Positions 34,973-45,021 of a stretch of 64,000 nucleotides of DNA are shown here, piece by piece; position 1 is the stretch's first letter, and every line of letters begins with the position of its first letter. Source of the stretch: a virus; IMG/VR virus record IMGVR_UViG_3300031417_000358, one strand, 5' to 3'. The position numbers were made by a program, and so were the translations under genes. The notes beneath the pieces are model-generated. The model did no database searches. It was not told where the DNA came from and saw only the letters and a list, made by a program, of their open reading frames with translations.

Positions 34973-37318
34973 ATGATGAACACTATCAAGAACCCGTCTC
35001 TGGGCAAGCGCATGCTGTCCGAATCGAAATTTTTCATGGGCTATTCCCGCTGGATGGACAACGCGAAAGCGTACGAAACCTGGGACCAGTCCATTGACCG
35101 CGTCATGGACATGCACGCCAAGAAGTACGGTCCGAAGATGACCCCTGAGCTGAAGGCCTACATGGACAAAGCGCAGAAGGCCTACTCGAGCCAGCTGGTG
35201 CTGGGCGCCCAACGTGCCCTGCAATTCGGCGGCGAGCAGCTGATGAAGCACGAAGCGAAGATGTACAACTGCTCCGTGTCGCATGCAGACCGCATCGCCT
35301 TCTTCCAGGAAGCGATGTACCTGCTGCTGTGCGGCTGCGGCGTGGGCTTCTCGGTTCAGCAGCGCCACGTCTCGAAGCTGCCGCGCATCGTGGCACGTTC
35401 CGAAGACAAGGTGAAGGTCTTCCAGATTCCCGATTCCATCGAGGGCTGGGCTGACGCGTACGGTGTGCTGTTGTCGTCGTACGCTGAGGATGGTGGTACC
35501 TTCCCCGAGTACAAAGGCTACCGCGTGCTGTTCGACTACTCGCTGATTCGTGCCAAGGGCTCGCTGATTTCCGGCGGCTTTAAGGCACCGGGTCCGGATG
35601 GCCTGCGCGCATCGCTGGTCAAGTGCGAAGCCCTGCTGGAGCGGGCGCTGAAGCGTCTCGAAGTGACGACCGTCGGTGCCGCCTGGGACCGTCCTGTTGT
35701 TGCGTCGGAACTGATGGTGCTGAAGGAGGGCTTCGCGCTGCACATCCAGACCCCGGATAAGGGCCTGGAAAGTGCCAAGCTGAAGCCCATCGAGGTCTAC
35801 GACTTCGTGATGCACATGTCGGATGCCGTGCTGTCGGGTGGTGTGCGCCGTTCGGCCACCATCTGCCTGTTCGACAAGTTCGACGACGAGATGATGAAGG
35901 CGAAAACGGGCGACTGGTTCATCCACAACCCGCAACGCGGCCGCAGCAACAACTCCGTGGTCCTGAAAAAGGACGAGATTTCGCGCGAGGAGTGGCATGA
36001 AATCATGCTTTCCGTGCGTGACTTCGGCGAGCCGGGCTTCATCTTCGTGGACGACTACGACTTCTGCTACAACCCGTGCGTCGAAATCGGCATGCGTCCC
36101 ATCTGCGTCGACACCGGTGAGACAGGCTTCCAGTTCTGCAACCTGACCGAAATCAACGGCGGAAAGTGCGTGAGCGAAGAGCTCTTCTATGAAGCGTGCG
36201 AAGCCGGCGCCATCCTGGGTACCCTGCAAGCTGGTTACACCAACTTCAAGTACCTGAGCGACGCCACCCGCCGCATCACCGAGCGCGAGTCCCTCATCGG
36301 CGTGTCCATCACGGGCTGGATGAACAATCCGGGCGTGCTGTTCGATGAACGTATCCTGAAGAAGGGCGCGGAAATCGTCAAGCGTGTGAACCGTGAAGTG
36401 GCCAAGCTGCTGGGTATCCGTCCGGCCGCCCGTACCACCTGCGCCAAGCCTTCGGGCAACGCGTCGGTCCTCCTGGGCACTGCTTCGGGTATCCACGGCG
36501 AACACGCTCCGATGTACTTCCGCAACGTGCAGATGAACATCGACGATGAAGTGGCCAAGCTGATTCAGCGCGTCAACCCGAAAATGGTTGAGAAGAGCGT
36601 CTGGAGCAGCAACGGCACCGACATCGTGGTTAGCTTCCCTGTCATCTCGAAGGAAGGCTCCATCTACAAGTCGGACCTGATGGGCGTCAAGCAGCTGGAG
36701 TTCGTGCGGAAGGCCCAGATGCACTGGGTCGAAAACGGCACCAACGTCGACCTGTGCGTGCACCCGGACCTGCGTCATAACATTTCGAACACCATTTCGG
36801 TGGACGACTGGGATGCCGTGGAAGAGTACATCTTCGAGAATCGCAAGCACTTCGCTGGCATCTCGCTGTTGGCTGCGGCCGGTGACAAGGCATACGCCCA
36901 GGCACCGTTCACCGAAGTCAGCACTGCAGAAGAAATTCTGAAGAAGTACGGCGATGCCAGCATGTTCGCTTCGGGTCTGATTGTTGACGGCCTCGAAGCC
37001 TTCAACGACAACCTGTGGCTGGCTTGCGACACGGCGATGGGTTCGGGCGAACAGCTCGAGGCAGAAGACTCCCGTGACCTGCTCAAGCGTGACTGGGTCC
37101 GTCGCTTCGGGAAGTTCTCCGAGAACTTCTTCGGCGGCAACGACCAGAAGGCTTCCTTCTGCCTGAAGGACTGCTACAACCTGCACAAGTGGGTCAGCAT
37201 CCAACAGACCATGAAGGCCATCGACTTCGCCGAGGCTCTGGCCAAGCGCGATGACGTGGACGCCGACACCCTGGCTTCCCAGGGTTGCGCAGGCGGAGTG
37301 TGCGAAATTACCTTCTAA
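34973..37318 (+). CDS. Ribonucleotide reductase, most like monomeric class II (NrdJ-type)
   Basis: YNCS, GCGVGFSV, GGVRRSA, NPCVEI, FCNLTE, CAKPSGN, C-terminal GCAGGVCE; no beta subunit gene in the window. Confidence 0.88.
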   Translation: MMNTIKNPSLGKRMLSESKFFMGYSRWMDNAKAYETWDQSIDRVMDMHAKKYGPKMTPELKAYMDKAQKAYSSQLVLGAQRALQFGGEQLMKHEAKMYNCSVSHADRIAFFQEAMYLLLCGCGVGFSVQQRHVSKLPRIVARSEDKVKVFQIPDSIEGWADAYGVLLSSYAEDGGTFPEYKGYRVLFDYSLIRAKGSLISGGFKAPGPDGLRASLVKCEALLERALKRLEVTTVGAAWDRPVVASELMVLKEGFALHIQTPDKGLESAKLKPIEVYDFVMHMSDAVLSGGVRRSATICLFDKFDDEMMKAKTGDWFIHNPQRGRSNNSVVLKKDEISREEWHEIMLSVRDFGEPGFIFVDDYDFCYNPCVEIGMRPICVDTGETGFQFCNLTEINGGKCVSEELFYEACEAGAILGTLQAGYTNFKYLSDATRRITERESLIGVSITGWMNNPGVLFDERILKKGAEIVKRVNREVAKLLGIRPAARTTCAKPSGNASVLLGTASGIHGEHAPMYFRNVQMNIDDEVAKLIQRVNPKMVEKSVWSSNGTDIVVSFPVISKEGSIYKSDLMGVKQLEFVRKAQMHWVENGTNVDLCVHPDLRHNISNTISVDDWDAVEEYIFENRKHFAGISLLAAAGDKAYAQAPFTEVSTAEEILKKYGDASMFASGLIVDGLEAFNDNLWLACDTAMGSGEQLEAEDSRDLLKRDWVRRFGKFSENFFGGNDQKASFCLKDCYNLHKWVSIQQTMKAIDFAEALAKRDDVDADTLASQGCAGGVCEITF

Positions 37319-37380
37319 CGAAGGGTGTTCTGAAAGTCCGGCGCAAGTCGGACTAACAGGCAAAGCGTAACATCTCAACC

Positions 37381-37415
37381 AACCCTCCAGGCTTCGGCTT
37401 GGAGGGTTTTTCTTT
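37381..37415 (+). terminator. Terminator with UUCG loop
   Basis: AACCCTCCAGGC-TTCG-GCTTGGAGGGTT plus T tract. Confidence 0.8.
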
Positions 37416-37500
37416 GCGCGCGCCATGAAAAAAACCCCCGGGCAGAACCTGCGCGGGGGTGAGATGGGAGTTATCGGCTGCCTACCGAGCAACAGCCGTA

Positions 37501-37794
37501 TTATGCCGGGATTTCGTTGGCGACCGGTGTACGCTCGTGCAGCCAACCTGGCAAGCCGGCCCTTACGCAGGCAAGCATGGGCGCGCGGCCGTCAGCGTCA
37601 ATGTCGACCTCGACGAAGCGTATGCCATTAGGGCGGCCGCCTTCCCAGGTAGCGAGGTGTGCCTCGGCCTCCTGGGCGTCATCGAAGGCCACCGCGGAAT
37701 CCTGGCCGACCGGGTCCAGGTTGGACCAGAACGCCAGTCCCAGGCAAGTCCCCAGGTACACGCCATCGGTTTCGCTGTAAATCACAAGTGCCAT
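37501..37794 (-). CDS. Hypothetical protein
   Basis: AGGAG RBS; CTATAC at 37829-37834. Confidence 0.75.
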   Translation of the reverse strand: MALVIYSETDGVYLGTCLGLAFWSNLDPVGQDSAVAFDDAQEAEAHLATWEGGRPNGIRFVEVDIDADGRAPMLACVRAGLPGWLHERTPVANEIPA

Positions 37795-37918
37795 TGCTCT
37801 CTCCTAAAGTGTTGTCCTCGATGCTACCGTATAGCCGGTTGCCGGCTGCGCCCTGGCGGCCGACGTAAAAAAGCCCGCACGCTTTGGCCTGCGGGCTTTT
37901 TGCCGAGTTGACTGGCTG

Positions 37919-39934
37919 TCAGTTGCTCACTGCCGTCGGCGTCAGTCGGTCGTCAGTGGTGCCATCGCCAACCCGACCGTCGTAGTTTTGGCCCCAGCAT
38001 TTCACGGTGTTATCCGCCAGCACCGCACAGGTGTGGGTCGACCCTGCGACGATGCTCTTCACCGGGCCCAGTGCGGACAGGTCCGACGTGTCAGTGCCCC
38101 ACACACCCGACTTGCCGTTGCCGAGCTGGCCCGAATAGTTATTGCCATAGCACCGCGCCGTGCCTGCGCTCGTCACCAGGCAGGAGTGGGTGTCACCGCC
38201 ATAAATTGCACGGGCGCCATCGTTGATGAACCGGGGCGTGTACGATTCGGTCGTCGTGTTGTCGCCGTACTGGCCGAACCGATTGTCACCCCAGCACGCG
38301 CGGCTGCTCGTGGTCAATACACAGGTATTCCAGTTGCCAGCCTCAAGCTTCGTTACGCCGGTGAGCCCCGTTACTGCCACCGGGACAGCCTTCGACGTCG
38401 TGGTGCCATCGCCCAGCGCGCCGGTGCTACCTTGACCCCAGCACATCACGGTCCCTCCGGACAGCAGCGCACAGGCGTGGCTTTGGCCCGTCGACACGCT
38501 GGTCGCACCGGACAAGCCTGTGACCAGCACGGGCGAATACTGGTTATCGTAGGCGCCGTTACCCATCTGGCCGTCACGACCGGCGCCCCAGCACTTGACA
38601 TTGCCGGACACCACAGCGCAGTTGGATTCATATCGAACAGAGAGGCTCGTAACGCCGCTCGTCAGGCCCGGGACGTCAACGGGTACCGCGCTGTCCGTCT
38701 GGTCGCCCCGGCCGAGTGCGCCGTCGCCAGCCCAACCCCAGCACTTGACGCCGCCGGCCGTGGTGAGGGCACAGCTGTGCCAACTCCCTACCGATACGCT
38801 GCGAACGCCACTGCTGAGACCGACCGCAGCCACCGGCGTGCTGCTGTCCGTGCTGGTGCCATTACCAAGCTGGAAGCTCTCGTTTGCGCCCCAGCACATC
38901 ACACCGCCGGTCGTCGTTACCGCACAGGTGTGAGTTTCACCGAGAGCGAGCTGCGTCACTTCCAACGCCTGGCCGTTGACAATCAACGTGTAGACCTGCT
39001 GGCCAGACGTGTTCTTGTAGCTGGCCGCGATGGTGAAGCTGGTGCCGGCCGTATTCTTCGTCTTCGGCGTGCCGGTCAGCACCCCGGTGTTGGAGAGCGT
39101 CAGCCCATCCGGCACGCCGGTGGCGCTGAACGTAACGTTGCTGGCGTTGTAGCCCGGGTCGCCGCTGACCTTCAGCTGGTTCTTGAAGTCGAACGCGCCG
39201 TAGGCCGTGCCCACTTTCGCTGCCGGCAGGGTGGCGGCGTCCAGGCCAACCTGGATGTTGAGCGACACGACCTGGTAGGTCTGCTCACCTTTGCTGGTGC
39301 GGTACGTCGCGCGGGCAGTCACTGCGCCCGAGCCAGCCGCGGTCGGCGTGCCGGAAATCGTGCCGTCAGCGAGCAGCTTCAGCCCGACCGGCAGCGTGTC
39401 GGCGACCACCGACCAGGTGACGCCTGAGCCGTTGTAGGCGCTGTCGCCGGTCACCGACAGCAACTTCTTGAGGTCATAGCTGTAGGCTTGGCCGACAATG
39501 GCCTCTGGCGGCGTCGCGGCGGCCAGCGCCACCGTGAGATTGGCCACCACGATTTGATAGGACTGCACGCCGCCCTTGGTTTTATACGTGGCCTTCACCT
39601 GGAAAGCGCCTGTACTGCTGGCGGTCGGGGTGCCGCTGATGGTGCCGTTGGCGTTCAGCGTCAGACCCTCGGGCAGGCTGCCCGAGACCAGGCTCCACTT
39701 CACACCATAGCCGGAGTACGCCGGGTCACCGGACACCGACAGCAGGGTTTTGAGGTCGAAACCGGCGTAGGGCATGCCGACCAGGCCGGAAGGCAGCGAG
39801 TAGCTGTTCAGCGTGACTTTAATGCTGTCGGCGGAAGAGGTGCGCGCGGGCACCGGCACGACAACGTAATAGCTGGACGCGAAGCTCGAGAGGCTGACCA
39901 GTGCCAGCGCAGTTGCAAGAAGGGTTTTTTTCAT
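37919..39934 (-). CDS. Secreted 3x Ig-repeat + RCC1-repeat beta-propeller protein
   Basis: Signal peptide, YYVVVPV, three LP.GL.L..G..SGTP repeats, repeated HTCA....G.V.CWG.N..GQLG. Confidence 0.9.
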   Translation of the reverse strand: MKKTLLATALALVSLSSFASSYYVVVPVPARTSSADSIKVTLNSYSLPSGLVGMPYAGFDLKTLLSVSGDPAYSGYGVKWSLVSGSLPEGLTLNANGTISGTPTASSTGAFQVKATYKTKGGVQSYQIVVANLTVALAAATPPEAIVGQAYSYDLKKLLSVTGDSAYNGSGVTWSVVADTLPVGLKLLADGTISGTPTAAGSGAVTARATYRTSKGEQTYQVVSLNIQVGLDAATLPAAKVGTAYGAFDFKNQLKVSGDPGYNASNVTFSATGVPDGLTLSNTGVLTGTPKTKNTAGTSFTIAASYKNTSGQQVYTLIVNGQALEVTQLALGETHTCAVTTTGGVMCWGANESFQLGNGTSTDSSTPVAAVGLSSGVRSVSVGSWHSCALTTAGGVKCWGWAGDGALGRGDQTDSAVPVDVPGLTSGVTSLSVRYESNCAVVSGNVKCWGAGRDGQMGNGAYDNQYSPVLVTGLSGATSVSTGQSHACALLSGGTVMCWGQGSTGALGDGTTTSKAVPVAVTGLTGVTKLEAGNWNTCVLTTSSRACWGDNRFGQYGDNTTTESYTPRFINDGARAIYGGDTHSCLVTSAGTARCYGNNYSGQLGNGKSGVWGTDTSDLSALGPVKSIVAGSTHTCAVLADNTVKCWGQNYDGRVGDGTTDDRLTPTAVSN

Positions 39935-40078
39935 GGCATAGAGTTAAAGGCAGGTCTTAGGTATAGCGTTTTCAAACGCTGCACCCGCCGACTATCAAAA
40001 TTCTGGCCGCGTGCAGGTGCGGCCAGATAAGAGCCCGCACACGTGCATGTGCGGGCCTGATACCGGATTACCCGGCGG

Positions 40079-42118
40079 TTAGTTCAAAGGCAAAACATCG
40101 ACGGGCGAGTGCCGCTCAGTGGTCGTGCCGTCGCCCAGCTCGCCGTTCGGGTTTGAACCCCAGCATTTGGCTTCACCGTTCGACAGCGTCGCGCAGGTAA
40201 GGTAGGAGCCCGCCGAGATGCTCTGTACGCCACTGGTGAGCTCCGGGATATTGACCGTCGTGCCAGTCGAGGCTACGGTTGTACCGTAACCGAGTTCACC
40301 ATTGGAGTTCCCGCCCCAGCAGCGTGCGGCGCCAGCGCCCGTCACGGCGCAGGTATGCTCCTCGCCGGCGGAGACGATGCGCGAGCCATCCAGGGTGGTC
40401 ACTGGAGAGGGTCGGTTAGTGTTCGTGCCATCGCCGAGCTCTCCGTAATAATTGTCACCCCAGCACGCGCGACCAGCAGTGCCATTGACCACTACGGCGG
40501 CACAGGTGTGGTAGCCCCCTGCCGACAGCGCGGTTACACCAGTCAGGCCGGCCACAGCAACGGGAGCAGTGACGCCCCCCGTCGTGCCATTGCCCATCTC
40601 GCCCTCATTGTTGCGTCCCCAGCACATCACGCTACCGGACGACAGCAGGGCACAGGAGTGATAATCACCGGCCGCGACTGCGGTCGCGCCGCTCACGCCC
40701 GGAACGTCGACCGGATTATCGCTGTAGGGTTGTGTGGTTACGACACCCAGTTGACCTTTGTAATTGTCGCCCCAGCACTTGACGCCACCGGCCGAGGTAA
40801 CGGCGCAGGTATGGTACTCCCGGGCGGACAGGCTCTTGACCCCGCTGGTCAGGCCAGGTACATCCACTGGCGTGAGCTTGTCAGCCGAATAGCTCGCGCC
40901 CAATTCACCGGCCTCCCCCCAGCATTTCACGCCACCCGCCGTGGTAAGGGCGCAGGTGTGATTCTGTGCAGGGTAGATGCTTGCCACGCCGCTGGAGAGC
41001 CCGCTGACCACGGCGGGAGTGCTGCGGTTTGTCGTCGTACCGTCGCCAAGCTGGCCGTACCAGTTGGCGCCCCAGCAAACCGCGGCGCCGGCGGGGGTCA
41101 CCGCACAGCTATGGTAGTAGCCTGCGTAGACTTGCTTCACCTGCAGGGCCAGTCCGTTGACCACAATGGTGTAGAACTGCTCGTTGCTGACGTTCTTGTA
41201 GCTGGCGACGACACTAAACTGGCCGCCGGCCGTGTTCTTTACCGCAGGTGTTCCGGTCAGCACGCCGGTCGACAACAAGGTCAGGCCTTGTGGCAAGCCA
41301 TAGGCGGTGAACTGCGCATTGTTTGCCGTGTACGCCGGGTCGCCAGTGACAGTCAACTTGGACTTGAAATCGAAAGGCGCATAACTGGTGCTGACTTTCG
41401 CCGGCGGAAGCGTTGCCGTGGCCAACGCGACTTTGATGTCCAGCGACACCACCTGGAAGGTTTGGTCGCCGTTGCGGCCTTTGTACGTTGCACGGGCCGT
41501 CAGACTGCCGTTGCCGCCGGCGGTGGGTGTACCCGTAATCGTGCCATCGGTCTTCAGCTGCAGCCCAGCCGGCAAGGTGTCGGCAACCACCGACCAGGCC
41601 ACGCCCGAGCCGTTATATGCGCTGTCGCCGGTCACCGACAGCAGCTGCTTCAGGTCGTACAGGTAAGCTTTGCCGACGACCGCTTCGGGCGGCGTGCCGG
41701 CGGCCAGCGCGACGGTGATGTCGGCCACCACGATTTGGTACGACTGCACGCCGCCCTTGGTCTTGTAGGTCGCCTTCACCTGGAACGCGCCCGTGCCGGT
41801 GGCGGTCGGGGTGCCGCTGATGGTGCCGTCGGCGTTCAGCGTCAGGCCCGCCGGCAGGCTGCCCGAGGCGACGCTCCATTTCACGCCATAGCCGGAGTAG
41901 GCCGGGTCCCCGGCTACCGACAGCAGGGTCTTGAGGTCGAAGCCGGCGTAAGGGGTGCCTACCAGGCCCGTGGGCAGTGAATAGCCATTCAGCGTGACGC
42001 GAACGGCATCCGCGGTGGCGCTGGTACGGCCTTTCACCGGTACGACAACGTAGTAGCTCGACGCGAAGCTCGAGAAGCTGGCCAGGGCCAGCAGCGATGC
42101 AATGAGAGATTTTTTCAT
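40079..42118 (-). CDS. Secreted 3x Ig-repeat + RCC1-repeat protein (tandem paralog)
   Basis: Same architecture; start at ATG 42118 (MKKSLIAS). Confidence 0.9.
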   Translation of the reverse strand: MKKSLIASLLALASFSSFASSYYVVVPVKGRTSATADAVRVTLNGYSLPTGLVGTPYAGFDLKTLLSVAGDPAYSGYGVKWSVASGSLPAGLTLNADGTISGTPTATGTGAFQVKATYKTKGGVQSYQIVVADITVALAAGTPPEAVVGKAYLYDLKQLLSVTGDSAYNGSGVAWSVVADTLPAGLQLKTDGTITGTPTAGGNGSLTARATYKGRNGDQTFQVVSLDIKVALATATLPPAKVSTSYAPFDFKSKLTVTGDPAYTANNAQFTAYGLPQGLTLLSTGVLTGTPAVKNTAGGQFSVVASYKNVSNEQFYTIVVNGLALQVKQVYAGYYHSCAVTPAGAAVCWGANWYGQLGDGTTTNRSTPAVVSGLSSGVASIYPAQNHTCALTTAGGVKCWGEAGELGASYSADKLTPVDVPGLTSGVKSLSAREYHTCAVTSAGGVKCWGDNYKGQLGVVTTQPYSDNPVDVPGVSGATAVAAGDYHSCALLSSGSVMCWGRNNEGEMGNGTTGGVTAPVAVAGLTGVTALSAGGYHTCAAVVVNGTAGRACWGDNYYGELGDGTNTNRPSPVTTLDGSRIVSAGEEHTCAVTGAGAARCWGGNSNGELGYGTTVASTGTTVNIPELTSGVQSISAGSYLTCATLSNGEAKCWGSNPNGELGDGTTTERHSPVDVLPLN

Positions 42119-42285
42119 AAAAAACAGATAGATATGGGTATTCCGTATAGCGTCGGCTGGAGGCCGCTGTGGCATGCTTGACTTAATTTCTCGCCGGCGG
42201 CTCTATGAATTCGACGTTGGCGTGCTCACAGAGCGCAATGAAGTCCGCCAGGCTGAAGGCGGTGACGTAGCCCATGCGCTTTTCC

Positions 42286-42618
42286 TTATTCTCGTTCGAG
42301 GCGGCGCTGCGCTTGGTACTGCTGCAGCCAGGCGATGGCGTCGTCCGGATTGCCCAGGGCCCCGGTGACGCGCCGGCGCGCGTTCATGGCGCCAGCCTGC
42401 TTCCAGGTGATGGCCACGGCGCCGGCGGCCAGCGCCAGCGCTTTCTTCGACAGGCAGATGTCGTAGTGGCTGCTGTGCTTCGGCGGGGCTTGGTGCCAGC
42501 GGCGCGCCACGCCGATGCGCGCCGCCATGGCGTGCAGCTCTTCATCTGAATCCGCGAGGAGGTGCGACATTTTCATGCCGCGATACGGAGCCTCCATGTC
42601 ATCGACGTAGACAGCCAT
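42286..42618 (-). CDS. DUF4031-like protein
   Basis: MAVYVDD..SHLLADSDEELHAMA.RIG..WHQ..HYDI. Confidence 0.8.
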   Translation of the reverse strand: MAVYVDDMEAPYRGMKMSHLLADSDEELHAMAARIGVARRWHQAPPKHSSHYDICLSKKALALAAGAVAITWKQAGAMNARRRVTGALGNPDDAIAWLQQYQAQRRLERE

Positions 42619-42620
42619 AT

Positions 42621-42980
42621 TTAGTCTCCCTGCTTGGTGGTGTCGGCCGCGCGCGCCGCACGTGCTTGACGAATCGTCTCGTTCAGCTCGAAGTCCTCTT
42701 TGCTCGGGTAAGGGCCGGCGCAGGCCAGCACCAGGGGCACCGGCGCCAGCAAGCCGTAAGGCAGGAGCATCGCGACATGGACGATGTACGGGGCCTGGAG
42801 GATGTAGGTCAGCACAGGAGCGCCCGGCACCACAGTTGGCATGTGAGGCAGGTAGAGCGCCCGGAGCAGCCAGGCCGCCACCGGAGCGACCAGCAGTGAA
42901 ACCGGCAGGTGGCGCCGATAGGCTGTCCACAGGCTCCGTCGCCAGTCGGCGCGCAGCTCGGCCAAGGTTTTATGCGTCAT
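42621..42980 (-). CDS. Membrane protein
   Basis: Two hydrophobic segments; tight operon spacing. Confidence 0.65.
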   Translation of the reverse strand: MTHKTLAELRADWRRSLWTAYRRHLPVSLLVAPVAAWLLRALYLPHMPTVVPGAPVLTYILQAPYIVHVAMLLPYGLLAPVPLVLACAGPYPSKEDFELNETIRQARAARAADTTKQGD

Positions 42981-42981
42981 A

Positions 42982-43791
42982 TCATTGGCTCCTTGCGTAA
43001 CGGCCAAACGGGCCGGCGCCTTCCGGCTCGAACAGGTCGACCAGCGGCAGCACCACCGGTGCCGGCGATGTGATGATGCCGGTCTGACAGGCCAGGTTGG
43101 CCACGGTCAGCTTGCCCGGCGCCTGGCCAAGTGCCCCAAACACCGCCCCGGTATCGATGAAATAGCAGTTGCCCAGCCGGCGCGCGCCCCCGAACTGCGG
43201 CGTGTGTCCGCAGAAGATGCGGCCGACGCCAGCAACACCGGACGCCACGTTCCTGGTTGCCCGCACGCGACCCCAGAGGGCGCTCTGGATGGTGTGCGCA
43301 TCGCCGCCTTCCAGGCGCGCTACGAAGGTCGGCCAGTCCATACCGACCGGCACCTCGGCGTGCACTAGGCCTACGGTGCCTCGCTCGGTTTCTACTTCCA
43401 TGGCGACCGGCAGGCGGGAAAAGGCGTCGAGCAGCGCCGCGCGGCGCTCAAGCGGCGTCTCCAGCCACCAGCCCATGCCGTTGCGCTCAACGTTGAAGCG
43501 CAGGGCGTCCTGGTCGAGTGTGCCGCTGGCGTACATGTCCAGCACCATCTGCTCGTGGTTGCCGCGAATCGCGAAAACCCAAGGCTGGTTGAGGAACTCG
43601 AGGGCGGCCTGCGAATACCAGCCGCGGTCGACCAGGTCGCCGACAATGAACAGGCGGTCGATGGCCGGGTCGAAGTCGAGCTTTTCCAGCGCCAGTAGCA
43701 CTAGGTCGAAGGTCCCGTGCGCGTCAGCCAGCACGAAGTTGCGGCCCCGCCCGCGGCCGATACGAACGAATATCTTAAAAGGCTGCTTCAT
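42982..43791 (-). CDS. Metallophosphoesterase, PphA/NinI-like Ser/Thr phosphatase
   Basis: DAHG, GDLVDRG, RGNHE, GHTP, IDTGA. Confidence 0.92.
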   Translation of the reverse strand: MKQPFKIFVRIGRGRGRNFVLADAHGTFDLVLLALEKLDFDPAIDRLFIVGDLVDRGWYSQAALEFLNQPWVFAIRGNHEQMVLDMYASGTLDQDALRFNVERNGMGWWLETPLERRAALLDAFSRLPVAMEVETERGTVGLVHAEVPVGMDWPTFVARLEGGDAHTIQSALWGRVRATRNVASGVAGVGRIFCGHTPQFGGARRLGNCYFIDTGAVFGALGQAPGKLTVANLACQTGIITSPAPVVLPLVDLFEPEGAGPFGRYARSQ

Positions 43792-43999
43792 TGTTATCTG
43801 CCTTTCGGCCAGTCGGCGCCAGATGCTCGAGTAAGCCGAAGATGAAAAGGAGCGCGCCCGCAGTGGCACAAACGGACGCTAGTGAGCCGTGGTGGGCATC
43901 GGTAGACGCCAGTTGAGGAAACGCCAGTGCCACCGCAGTAAGAGGTGCGCCCACGAGCATCTCGAGAACAGCAACAAATTGTCGTACTTCGGTATTCAT
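43775..43999 (-). CDS. Small membrane protein
   Basis: Two TM segments; overlaps the phosphatase start. Confidence 0.55.
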   Translation of the reverse strand: MNTEVRQFVAVLEMLVGAPLTAVALAFPQLASTDAHHGSLASVCATAGALLFIFGLLEHLAPTGRKADNNEAAF

Positions 44000-44010
44000 A
44001 GCGAGGTCGC

Positions 44011-44229
44011 CTACTTGAGCGTGATGATGAAGGGCGCACGCTCCACGACGATGAGCCACCACGCAGCGCCCAATGCCAGGCCGGCGCCGGCCGCAACCAT
44101 GCGCTCGGCCCTGGTGACGCTCTTGCGAGCGCTGTAGCTGCCCAGGTAGAAGGGCGCGACAATCCACCACAGGATGCTGAGCACACTGATGACGCCGGTG
44201 ACGAAAAGCCAGCCAATGACCGCCATCAT
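44011..44229 (-). CDS. Small membrane protein
   Basis: Two TM segments; ATGA overlap. Confidence 0.65.
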   Translation of the reverse strand: MMAVIGWLFVTGVISVLSILWWIVAPFYLGSYSARKSVTRAERMVAAGAGLALGAAWWLIVVERAPFIITLK

Positions 44230-44609
44230 CGCGCCTCCGGTTTGGCCGGGACGAGCTCCACGCTCAGCCTGTTCACATCGCTGAGCTTGGCCCAGAAGCG
44301 AACCTGGCGGCGGGTGGTCTTGCTGAAGTACGGGTGCGACTTCGCGACTGCATTCGCGCCAGCGATTCGGAAGCTCACGCTGTCGAAGTCGCCCAGGTTC
44401 TGCTTGATGTAGTACCGGTCGATGATGAGCTCGGTGCCCGCTGGCAGCGAGGCGTCGACAGACGTAGGTTCGTGGCCTACGGTCTCGCGCGCGTCGCCGA
44501 GCAGCGCCATCAGCGTAGCATTGCGGTGCTCGTTAAACAGCTGGAAGTCCCAGCGCTCCGCCAGCACGAGGCGGGTGCCCAGCGGCGGCACGAAGAGGGT
44601 AAACGGCAT
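44226..44609 (-). CDS. Hypothetical protein
   Basis: AGGAG RBS before MPFTLF; extended -10 upstream. Confidence 0.7.
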   Translation of the reverse strand: MPFTLFVPPLGTRLVLAERWDFQLFNEHRNATLMALLGDARETVGHEPTSVDASLPAGTELIIDRYYIKQNLGDFDSVSFRIAGANAVAKSHPYFSKTTRRQVRFWAKLSDVNRLSVELVPAKPEAR

Positions 44610-44724
44610 GCGATAAATCTCCTTAGGATACCAGATAGTATATCGTGAAAAGGTACTTACGGCAAGCAAACAAAAAGCGCAAGGGCCTTGTGGGCGCTTG
44701 CGCTTCTGTGCGGGTTCTGTTTTG

Positions 44725-44955
44725 CTACACCGGGGTAACGGTCAGCAGCGTTTCGTCGGCAATCAGGTGGGTAGCGCCGTCGTCCCGCGCTACTTCGATG
44801 AAGGGCGTCTTCGGCAGACCCACGGCGCCCTTGTTGATGCGCCGGATGAATTTGCGTACCTTCCGCTCGCCAGGAACGAGCGCGCCGTCGGGCGCCTCCC
44901 AATCCTTGGTATGGAAGGCGTAGGTTTCGCCGGGTTTCAAGCTGGCCAGGTCCAT
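44725..44955 (-). CDS. Small hypothetical protein
   Basis: Start inferred at MDLASLK. Confidence 0.55.
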   Translation of the reverse strand: MDLASLKPGETYAFHTKDWEAPDGALVPGERKVRKFIRRINKGAVGLPKTPFIEVARDDGATHLIADETLLTVTPV

Positions 44956-45021
44956 GTGTCGTGCTGTCCGGATGGTGAACTTGCACGGCGCCGGGTAAGC
45001 GCCGTGCAAGTCCAGCTGCCA

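Noticed and set aside
37335-37415. GCAA-tetraloop hairpin followed by a UUCG terminator as a separate sRNA
   Set aside because: Most simply the 3' UTR of the RNR mRNA; no promoter seen
37919-42118. Shufflon or DGR mechanism for the RCC1 paralogs
   Set aside because: No reverse transcriptase, no adenine-specific TR/VR pair and no repeated sfx-like inversion sites seen
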